DNA from: Aplysia californica
Taxonomy: Eukaryota
Direction of reading: 5' to 3'
Assembly (NCBI RefSeq): GCF_000002075.1
Contig: NW_004797391.1
Coordinates: 729,159 to 793,158, forward strand
DNA: 64,000 nt
The first letter of the stretch is position 1. Each line of letters opens with the position of its first letter. A model generated the notes under the pieces. The model saw nothing but the letters and a program-made list of their open reading frames with translations, did no database searches and was not told the origin of the DNA. The translations under genes and the position numbers were made by a program. Shown here piece after piece: positions 46,991-59,100 of the stretch.

Positions 46991-47123
46991 TCACACGAAA
47001 GCGTTGAGGGCATGGTATAGCTGCATGAGCACCACAAAGTGCACTGGCAGGCAAGAGCGGCGGTCGTTGAGCACAGGGTCAAAGGTCAGCCAGGAGAGGG
47101 CGTTGTAGTTTTCCAACACATAC
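46991..47123 (-). CDS. MED13: MED13 last coding exon
   Basis: [36 protein letters not shown]. Confidence 0.95.
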
Positions 47124-50100
47124 CTGGTGGGGTGACCAAAAAATTATTTAATTTACAATTCTCAATGAGACAGGATATTGAAATCATAGAACTTTTTTCC
47201 AAAAATTTAAAAAAAATACCGTAAGCCTAACAGAGCTCTACAAAACTTTAAGGGCTAGCCATCATCTTACGATGGAAATAATTTCATAACTGTTGCAAGA
47301 AAAAAAGAACATCTCTCTTAGGCCTTCCTTTACTGGGCAAGTAAAACTCAGTGGAGTAAATTTTTGTTCTTACAACCTCGACAATGTTCTCTACTTGAGA
47401 TAAAAATCTGTCACTTTGTCAAGAATTCCACACGAGTGGTGGCTTACAAGACTGGCGCACGTCTACAAGACAAAATGAAAACATTTAAAATGAAAGGTTA
47501 GGTACCTGAGCACATCACAAGTCATGTGTGAGTCCAGGGCGTGCGGCTTGCTCCTGTTGTCGGTCTTGTGCAGGAAGTCGTCGTGTTTGGAGGACTCGTT
47601 GATGTGCAGAGCAGACTGAGAGACCACAGAAGAGAAATAATAACAGATTAATAGACTGCATTTACAAGGCACAAAGTCTTCTTGAAAAAAGACTCTATGC
47701 ACTCAACAATTTATCAATATTACCCAACAGATCTTGGTTCATTCCCCAGCATTGTCAATTTTTTGGAAGCATTCACAGGTCAGAAATCAGTGACACGAAG
47801 CCCAAAAATATTCATCAACTGCCTCTCCTATCAATTCGACAGTAAAATGGCTTTCTCTCTGTGGGGATACTTTATAATACTGCCAACTTTTCAAATGATA
47901 TATTCACTAATGGCTGATGAATAAGAATAGCTAGTCTGCAGGGCGACACTTTTACGAAATAAAGACTTTTTATGTTCGGCAGATAGCAGCATTTAGGACA
48001 TACCGACTTCAATTCATTTAGCAAGACAAACAGAAATAACCCAACCCAACACCACCCAAAAAATAAAACTGCAAAAATAAACATTTACACAAAACCTCAC
48101 AATTTACGCAAAAAATCAACAGACAAGAGACATGATGCATTCAATCACAGATTTCACCAAAAAAAACAACAGCAAACCCACACCAATATGAGATGAGGTG
48201 AACAGTAGTATATATGCGGCAGCCTTACCTTGAAGACATGAGGATTGGTAAACTCATTCTCCGGGCAGGCTGACCAAAACCACTTGGGCAGTGGGCCCGG
48301 TGGGGCAGTGGAGATGTAGTAGCCCATGGCCAGGGGCTGCTGGAGGAGGTTCACATCGTCCTGGGGGTCCAGCAGGTTCTCCGTCAGGCTCTGTGCACAC
48401 AACACAATGCAACCTTGTCAGCAAACAATCAAGTCCATAGGTACAACCAGTAGGGTTAATAACAAGCAAAGCCCTTTAATGCAATTACTAGAAGAATACC
48501 ATTTTTTAAAAACAGCCTCTACCATAACATCAGCATTTACAAGGAATCAGCTAAAAATCTACCAAAACTCCTTAATAAAGTAATTTGACTAATAGCATGG
48601 AAATTTCTTTCAATGTGTGGCTACAGGTTTTAAGTCCACCCTGACAGCCCACTTCAAAGAACACCCTGTTTGGGATTCAAATCACAACCATCCGCACAGT
48701 AGTCTAGCATGTGCCCCCATGACGATTCTCAGCACATTAGAAAAGAACAGCATTGCGTTACAAAACATTTCCATAAGCCAATTCAAGAAAAAAACATGAA
48801 CAAGTGTTTTGCAAATTTTCACCCAAACTTTTGTGTAAGTGACAGATCAATGTGTCTGGCTGGAGGTGGCTGAAGAAGGTGCAACTACTTACGGCTGAAG
48901 GCCCATTTGTCTTTGAGAACGGCCTGTTGGTGTTGCTTGTGGGTGACACCGGAGGGCTGGTGGTCGGCGCGTCAAAGTTGTCGCCAAATATGTCCAGGAA
49001 GCCCCCCATGTCCTCCCCCATTTGGTTGATGTCGGAGAAAACATCATCTAGTTCTAAATGAGAGGTGAAGTCGTTCTGGGGGTCCTGCTGCAGAGGGTTG
49101 GCATTCACCTGTTGTAGCAAAAAGACAAATGTAAAGCTTGAAGAGGTTACAGTTGCTAACAGTATTCTTAATTCATAAAGGGTGCAAAAAAGATATTTTA
49201 AACATATCTTTTAAACCTTTCTATTCAAATGAGTATAACTCAGCCCGACACTTGCACTCTAGATAAAGCACAAGTTTTAAGTGGATATATCAGACTTATG
49301 GTTACCAGGGGGGGGAAAAATATTAAAGTACCATAAGATGATTCAATCTCTAAAATAAGCTTCCTAAAACAATCAAATCATGTTTTAATAGCTATTCCCA
49401 CAGGCAGAGACAGCAGTAATTGGTTTTGTTTTGCTTTTAGAATAACCTGTGCTCATACTGTGAGTGAAGTGTACACCATACATTACTCACTATAGAAAAA
49501 TTATCAACCTGTAATATTTACGTCGTTAATGACATATTTTCTTAGAATGTAAAATAGAAGAGTGAATTATCTTGTAAATAATCTATAAAATCTTCGATAC
49601 AAATCAAGACAGATGTTTAATAACGTAAGTCGATTTCTAAAGAATGTCTTGTTCAGAAACGAGTCCTAAACATCTATAATTAATGCAGATAGCTGACCTG
49701 AGCGGTGGCAGAAGTGGGGAAGACCAGAATGTGGGTCACGCTGGCATCACGAGGTGTCTGTAATGGAATGCTGCTGCTCTGTTTCTCCTCCTGTTTCATA
49801 GCATCAACCACCACCTGCACGGAGAGAGTCATGGAATTGTATGTATGTTATCCGGTGAAAATCTGCACAGAGTTATTCTGAAAATCTCACAAGACACAAT
49901 GTTTGAACAAATTCCAAAAGGCTCCACATTACAAAATATACATTAAAACAGAAACCATTTCATCACATTTTCCCCATAACAAAGAACTCCCGAACTTACA
50001 CAACAGCATATCAGTCACAAAATTTTCATAAGCCATCCATCACAAGTGAAGAAAAAAGAAGACAAACCTGGAAGCTAGGATGTGTTTCCATGGATACGAG

Positions 50101-53100
50101 ACAAGCACTCAGGACACAGGGCACCTCAGTGGGTCCCATGACGGAGCACTGACCACACATCTCCTTCAAGCGCCGCGAGGCACTCTGTAGGTTCTTCTTG
50201 CTCAGTAGACCAGACCAGCCTGGGGGATAGGAAGAGGAAACAAAAGGATAAAAACCCCACTTTCAATCTTACAAGAACAACTGAAGACACTGGCAAGACT
50301 GCTGACAACTTGCAAACTATCAGCCCCAAAGGTAAACATTACAGATTTACAAAAATAAAAAAAAATTCATATATACTTAAACACCCAAATAAACACACAC
50401 ACACACAAAGCACCTTATCAAAAGTTTTATTTGACACTGCCAGCTTATTCCCTACATACAAATGACTACAGAAAAACATGGCTACTTTCATAATTCACCC
50501 TCTTCATTCCTTACAACAGTCTTTTTCAGAACTGTAATTACACATCTGCAGTACAGAATGAGTTCACTTATTTTTTTAATAAAAAAAAAAAAGCCAAGAC
50601 ACCCCAAGGGGTCCCATTTACAAAACTACACAAAAAGACCTGTGAAGACTAAAAAATATAGCACAGTTTACCTTTGAGTTCTCCATGTCCCATGCGTCCG
50701 AACCGACCAATCACAAGACGGGATGGGTGAGACGTGAGGGCGACAACCCCTAAAATGAAGTCCCACAGTTTCTGCAGACCAGGGCGCCGAGCTGAGGCCT
50801 TTTTCCTACGATTCCTGCAAAAATAAAAGTGTGCATTGTCAGCAGGAAAAAATAGGAAGTGCATATGTCGGTTGAAGTCCCTAATTTTTAAGTCTTTCAA
50901 TGCATGTTTCTCCCCCCCCCAAAGAGATAAAAACGGAATAACAATGAGGCAACACAAGCAGCTATTTATTCATCATTTTAGTTCCCATAATAATTCAATC
51001 TTTTTAAAACGATTTAACAACTAAACAATTCTAGAAACCAGTAAAGGCTCATAATATGGTGGGATAAAAGTGAGTCGTATAAACTTACTCTGAGGACAGC
51101 ACATGCAGGGACTCCGAATGCATCCTCTGAACACAATCTTATACCACCAAAGAGCCATAACAAAAAAACAAAAAAAAGTGAAATGCATTCATTCATAATC
51201 AACACACAATTCCGATGCTGTAAACACAAAGCAAGACAAAATCTTTAAGAGCTTACACTTCAGCTTGAAAAGCATGACCTACCTGTTGGGAATCTCAATG
51301 TTGATGGTACTGTGCTCCATGAGCTCTCCCCGGTCGTCAGTGCAGACGGCCATCAACCACCTCTGGTCCTCCGACAGGCAGTAGCCACAGAATAGCACCG
51401 TCTGCTGGTCTGTCTTGGCCTCCATGATCTGGTTCTGCCGAGACTTGGTCGAAGCAAGGATGAAAGGAGGACTGTATAGCCTTAAGTTTTCCGCCTGAAA
51501 TGTTCCAAGTCACATATGAGAATTTCTAGATTCATTTCAAACTGTGACAGATTTGTATAGAAGACCGCTGGACGAGGCACATAAAGTCTCTTTATACAAT
51601 GAGAAGGTGATTATCTTTATTGTGTTTTTTTTTTCTCATCATGCAGCTTTCTTCAACGTATTTCCACTGCAGCTAGTTGTTGTTAGTTGTTTTTTTCCCT
51701 TTCTTTCCCTTAAAAATTCAGTTTAAAGCATGAATTCTGCAAAAGCGGGAGTAGGTTAAGAAACAACCATAGAGGAAAAGACTTTCAACTTGCGAAATGT
51801 ATTTGTTCAAAGATATGAACATTTCTTTTACACCAGCGGGTGTAGGGGGGGGGGATCAAGACCCCTATCTGCTATACAAGGATATACATAACTTGCCCTG
51901 TGACATTCCATCACTTCATCTCAGTTTATGGTAGGTATGGTATGGATTTTCAAATCATTTTGCGGCCCTTTCAATTCTGCAAGGATGTTTATGAAGAGGG
52001 ATCCAAAGGACAGAGCCAAGAGGGTAGAGGAGTGTGAGAACTGCTCAACCAACAAAGGTTAAGAACATCTCCTAAGATTTAAGAACCAGTGTCATCTGTA
52101 CTGAAGTTAAGCATGATACCAACTAAGCTATCTTTGCATTCTCTTTAGTCCACAGAAGTACTTACCGCCTTCCTCTTCATAATTTCCTCAGCGGCAGCAG
52201 CAGGTCCAAAGCCTGTGAGGGACCTCCCCATGACGCTGTGTCCAAGCGTCCACTTAGAAGCAGTGAACACAGAGAAGGCAATGGACTTGAGAATCTGCAG
52301 CTTGCTGGCACTTTCTTTGTGCTCCAGGATGGTCCGCAGGGGGATCAGCTAACAAAAACAAACAAAAAATCATTTCAGCCACAACTGAACTGTAAACATT
52401 GGTCATTACTTAAAATATCGTCATGATAATTAACAAGTTTTTCCCCTCTGACTGTCACATAGAACTTCTTAGTAATAAAGCAGAAATTATTTACCAGAAA
52501 CATTGAAATTTGCTAAGGCATATGGCTTTTCACATTGACAAATTGTCAAGACACGGGCAAATTCATATGCTGTCCATGTGGCAATAATCAATAGAAATTC
52601 CATGAGGACAGGATAAATTTAATTAAGAAAACTCATACCAGTCTCAGAGAGGAAGATAATGCCTCTTGCAAATATAAAACACAAAGCATGCCTTTCTATT
52701 ATAAAAAAACAATAATACATTTTTAAGCATTCCTTTCTCCAAATCAAAAAGAAAAACCATTAACCACAAAGTGTTACTCACCTGCAAGCTCAGATTACTG
52801 GCCAGGTGGTCTGGCAAGACCATCTGCTGGTAACAGCGCAGCAAGCCAATCATGGCCATCCTAGAGATGGGGTCGCTGTCGTGGCCATAGGAGAATGGGT
52901 CCACCAGATAGACCACTATGCCTGGGGAGGAGCCGTTGTCTTCTGTGCCATCAGAGCCATCATGCTGTCCATCCTTGTGCTGTTGACCACCATCTCCTTG
53001 ACCGTCTAAAAAGATTTTGTAAAAAAAAAAATTAAAGTTCACAATAATCATTTAAAAAACAACCTTCACATTCCTTTACTTCATGTTTTAAAAAACCCAA

Positions 53101-56100
53101 AGTAAACCCCTTAATGTTATTATATTTTAAATTTAGCTAAAGTAATAATAAGTATTTCAAAGACATAATTTCCCCCTGTAAGAGGTGAAGGTTACTCTGA
53201 CCCATACAAAAGAGGACTGTCTTTAGCATTCTTTTCACTAAATAAAACTATCGTACATTCTACATAAAACAGACCCCCCCCCCCGAAAACCAACAAATGG
53301 TTAGAAAAAAACCCTTTGTTCTGTTGTTACAAATCCACCAGTAAAAATCAATCCCTACCAAAAAGTACTCCCAAGATGGAGTCAAAGTTACAGAAAACTT
53401 TCCTGCATTCTGAGTTCACAATACAATAACAGGGTGATAAGTTGTAAGGAGGGCAGGACGACCTCACCTTTCCCATCATCTCCTAGGTTCCCCTGAGAGT
53501 TGGGCCCACCACCAGCCCCCGAGTTCATCTGACTGTCTGGAGTGGCTGGCCGAGTGCTGCCCGGTGCTGGCTCAGGCATCTTGAACTGGGCCTTGTGTGA
53601 GCTGCTAGAGCCCTGGTCAAACATGCTCTTGTCCAGGTTGGGTGCAGACAGAATGGGAGCTGCAGATGGAGAGAAACGACTATGTCTATACTCATACCAT
53701 TACTAAAATGTCAGAGAAACTCAAACAACAATGCTATATTACTGACAAACTGGCATTTGTGATGCAATGGTTGGGCTCTTCATCATTCAGTAGGTGTGGG
53801 ATCTTGTATCCCACTCAGTCCTGGTTGGCTCCCATAAGCAGTGACAAAGCGTCCCCATCCCAAATTACCTAAATTGTGCTGTAGAAACATCACACTGACA
53901 GTTGGGGTAAGACAAAAGTAACACTGAAAAAAAAAAGAAAGTAAAAAAGAACTGCCCACACAAGAACAGTGCCCACACGAAGGCACCTGAACATTTTCTC
54001 CTCCTCCATGGAGTAGAGTAATTGCTTTCCTTTCCACTTTGTTTGAGAGAGTAGGCACAGATAGCCACAAAAGCAATCACACTTTCATTATCCTCATGAT
54101 TTATTGTACACTCAAGTGCGTGATTTGATAGTCTACTTTGACAGAAAGCCAATCATTACAGCAGTGCACTTGAGAATACTTGACGATATAAAATAATACC
54201 AGAAAAATGATGGAAAGAGCTTACTTTTCATCAAAAAACAAAATACAATTTTGTTTCCCACAAATTACAAAATACCTTACTCGTCAAAGGAGAAGTACCT
54301 CAATACTGATTCAGTTATGTAGCAACTATAGGAAACCACTCACCAAGATGATGCTTGCAAACCTGGGCGTAGAGTTTCAGTTTTGATGCAACACTAGAAT
54401 CACCTGTAGAGACATCAAGAATGTATTAACACCTCAGCTTGTAAATAGATAGGAAAATGTCAATACAAGCACTGATGAGAACTCATGAAAGGAAAGTTCT
54501 TCAAAATTTTTACCATCAAAATTACAGCTGTTTTCAATAAAGAAAAATAACTTGATGAATTTTTCAAATAGTTACACACCTTTATACTTGCCATTTACCT
54601 ACGATTCAAGAAATAACCTACTGTCCAAAAATTAAAAAACAATCTGAAACAAACTATCTGATTGCACAAAGGCAGCAATGCATGAATGAACATGAAACAT
54701 TTTTCTCTATTGTTGAACTCAAATGAAATAAAACTAGTGTGCCACATGTCCAAGTGTGATCGTCTTGAAGGGGATCAACAGTATTTCCCAATGCTGTTGC
54801 TCTTTAACAACATCATTAGGGTAATGGTTATGCTTTTCATCTCCGTGCGTGCAATTCTAGAGGTGGGAAGTAATTTTATAGTGTATTTATATATTTTCCT
54901 GGGATTCTGGAATCCACTCAGCCTGGACGGAATCTGACAGGCAGGTTAAATCAGCTTGCCACCATAACTCTTTAAACCCCATCGGACCGGCAGTAATAAC
55001 CCTAATCCCATCGGACGCTGGGAGTGTCCGATACCAGTGACAACTGTTTTGTTTTATTTAGTGCTACTGTTTGCTTGTTTTTCAAAACTATTCCCAATCC
55101 AAGTTTTTTAAACTAATGAATAAGCCTTTGTTGCCGCCGTTTAGAAGTTGGAGGCAGGCTTTTGGGGTTATAATGAGACATAGTGCACCAAATTTAGGTG
55201 ACTGCAGAAAAGACTCTGGGAAACGGTGGAAAAAACTCAGGGTTCAGAGAGTTATGAATTTAAGTTGTGTTGATAAGGCTGCAAAACATATATATAAAAA
55301 TTGAAATTATAAGCTCCCAGAAACATACCCAGCATGGTGAACCACTCGTCCATAGGCTCGTCCATCAACCGGGCCGCAGCACTCCGGCCCACGCGCAGCA
55401 CCCCGTCGCGCAGCACTTTGCTGATGGCGCAGTGTCGACCCAGCCGGCACATCTCGTACACTGTGCTCAGCTCCTTGAAGAAGGAGACCACGTGCTTGAG
55501 CACCATCTCATTGTCAGGGGCAACCACCACATACAAAACGTCTCGCATGCGTCCATAGGGCTCGAGGAACTGCTTGTCCTGTGCAGACAAAATAGGAAAT
55601 TTGAGTAGTTTTCGTATGAAGATATAAAGACAGGTGTCAACAGTCCCTTAGAGCTGGGAACGAGCAAGGTGGACTGACAGACAAAAAAAAAAAAAAAATA
55701 GAAGGTAAAGAAGTAGGACATTATAATTACACTGCGCAAGACAGCCACTGTTTTCTTCCAATAACAACAGACAATTTTCACTGTATACTGACACACACAC
55801 AAAAACTAAACCCCCCCCCCCCCCCCCCAATGAAAACCTCACTACTACTGACAACAATACATGAACCCTGTCATACTTTTGTTGCAAATTGCAATTTCTT
55901 CATCGTTGGATCATGTTCTGGGGTTTTACCGTATGTACCTGGCGCACTTAACCATTACTCCTCAGCCCACTCAGAAAGCAGTGGTGCAAATCTAGTAGTT
56001 CACACAATGAAATTTCAGCACAAAAGTCATACGAGATTGAGGGGAGGGCGCACGCCAAGGCTCAAAAGACGATTATTCAAAACTGACAGCACTTACCACG

Positions 56101-59100
56101 ACCGGCCAGCTCGTGAAAGTCTTTCCAGCTGATAGGTCCCTGCAGCTTGTAGGTGTTCTCCCAGAGCCGTGTGACGCGCTTGTTCTGGATGGCGTTCTGC
56201 AGGATGGGGTGCAGTGACTTCAGACACTGGATCATGTCCTGGGAGTTGCTGGGCACACAGCTGGCACCTGACAATAGATAAATGGAGAGTTGCTGAGAAT
56301 TCAGAGAGAGAAAAAACTCATCAACTTGACAAGAAAAATATATCATTGATGCTGATAGAAAAAATAAGGACTTCGTTTTACCATGTTTTAAATAGCCAGC
56401 GAAAGAAATTGGAGTTAAGCACTCAATTTTCTTGTGACAGCAAAGATATGCTACAATGACTTCAGTTTGCTTCTGTCGTAAGAAAGCCTGGGACCACAAA
56501 TGACTATATTCATAATGAAAACACAAAAACCCTCCCATAAATGGTCATGTAAGAAGCAACTGGGAAGACTAGATTATGTTAGTTTTAACTACATAATCAT
56601 ACTACAAACTACAGCTTAATTCTTTATTTAAAACTCTCAATCTCCAGAGAAACAATGACTTTATAGGAATGTGCCCTTCTCGAATGCAAAGCAAGCCGTT
56701 TCACACCAACCACAAAGTCATAAAAACTATAAAAACCAGTTAAAACTACTAGTTAACAATATCACAGGCAACAGAACTTTGCAACCAATTAGATGACAGA
56801 AAGACCAAGTAGTAAGTCCTCAGTCACATGAGTGGATACTTACATGCTGGAAGAACAGACAAAAAGCCGACACACAGGCAAAAAAACTCACCCCTGAGGT
56901 AAGGCCACTTGTGTAGACAGTTTGCCTTGGGGGCGTGATCTTCAAACCTATTGGAGAAGCAGTGGTCCATGGCCACTTCCAGGGCTTGGCACACCACATC
57001 GTTGGCATCTAGGGAACACACCCACACAATATCACACATTAACACTCAGAATCTCATACCCAGGTTATACTTGGGCAATTAAAATTTATCAAGAACCAAT
57101 AAAGAAAGAACCTACATTTGGCATAGTACATGTACGTAACTCTTCAGAATCTTTTTAGATAAAGAAATTTCTGTTTTGATGTAAAGACTAATTTAGTGAT
57201 GTATATTTAGATTTCGTATCAATAGAGAGAGCCCCCAACCCCCCAAATCTCCTTTTCCATCTTTATAATCAACACACAGGATGACTCCCTGTCACCTACC
57301 CCTGATTTGCAACAGATCTATAGAGCTGGTCTGGTAGTTGGTGTCTGCAGCCATGCTGAGTGTGCTGAGGTGGTGGCTACCCACACAAGACAGGAATGGG
57401 GAGGCGTACTGATCTAACAGCTGCTGTAGAACCTGAAAGAAGTTTCCATAAGATAAAAAATAATTACAAAACAGCTTCATAAAAACCATCAAAGTTTGGT
57501 TTCTGAAACACAAAGCCAGGACAAAGCACTGAGAATCTATTTGTTATTCAAACTATTTACAAAAAATCAATCATGCTTAACGGGAGGAGCTACCCTCGAG
57601 GACCATTTTCTATGTTTGTTGCCCAAGATCAAATCTAAGTACACATATAAGTTAGGCATTGTAAAATCTCTTGATACGCAAATTAATTTTGGCATAGTTA
57701 CAGCAAGTGCTATGGAAACGGCCGCCATCTTGAAAATAAACAATGGAATTTCAAATCCCAAAGGCTTTCTTATTTACTTACCAAAATTGGCAAATTTGGT
57801 GAGAGTATACTTGAACCAGACCCTATCAGAGTAACAGCAAGTTTTTTCAATGAGTGCGAAAGAAAAAAAAGTGAGAACTTTCCCAAAGTACAAAAATTTT
57901 TTCTTCTAAATTTAGGTTGCATAATCGCTTGCCAATGGAAAAGTGTTATTGTTTTCGCAAATATCCCTCCGAAGTTTCATGTCAAAAGGACGAAAACTTA
58001 AGGAAGGAGTAGGGGGAAAAAAAACAAAAAAAAAAAACAACTTTAACTCAAATATGAGTGACAGTACAGAGAGAACCAATAACACCCCAATTCCACTGGT
58101 TAATAACAAAACCACAGGGGGAAAAAAAAATGAAAAACAAGTTCTATCTTAAAAATCCATCACTTGTTCATGCAAAAGGGAATGCAATTTCCTCCCCTCC
58201 TTATTTATCGAGCAGACTCACCTGAGGGTTTAAGTCTTCTGTCCGAGAAGAAGCGTCTCCACTGGCCTTGGGGGAGTTGGGCTGGGCCAGCGGCGGCTTG
58301 CGCACCTCATAACGGTCGTGGCGATAACCAGTGATCTCCACCTCGTCCTCGTAGAAGAGGCCAGAGTCATAGCCAAAGCGACGATTGATGGCCGCGCTGA
58401 AAGCACAGGTACACTTGTACCCTGAGGATGAGCCCTTGCTGGTATCTGGGAGGTACACACTCACATCGCTGCCTGGAGACACAAACAAGACGGAAGGCCC
58501 ATTTAAGATTTAGCTTTAACTTACAGCAATATCAATTCTACATGAAAAAAAAAAAATGGACAGGACAGAAGAGTTAATTTATTTGAGGCTATTACATTTT
58601 TTCCCCAGTCATAGGTGAACGTGTTATTACTTCAGGACAAGTGCTAATAAACAAGTCCCACATGCCATTCCCCAGTCTACTCACCATTGATGTCTACATT
58701 GCACACACAGATGTTACAGCTGTCAAAATTGTGATCTTTGAAGAGGTTCAGGAAAGAGTCCGACAGTAACACATTCAACAACAAACTGTTGGCCTGCAAA
58801 GAAAAAATCAAAAACGTGAGTAAAAAGTATGTACGTAGACATCTTGAACATGCACATCTGTTGAAAGCTAACCAAACTATCAAATTCTATATTTTGTGTA
58901 GTCCAAGCTATGGTCACTTTTAAAATAATCTAAATTGTGTAAACAGCGGAGTAAAACAAAACTAGAACCCAACACTAAAGACGTGCACCTTAAGACATGA
59001 ACACCACAAAAGAAGGAAAAAATAAATTTACCCACAAGATCATCTCTTTTTAGTTTTAGTAGAGGTTTTACGGCACTTGCAACTGCATATGGTCATATGA

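Noticed and set aside
55620-55676. [14 protein letters not shown] on - as a remnant of the missing MED13 exon
   Set aside because: Only superficial similarity, wrong acceptor phase and no suitable donor
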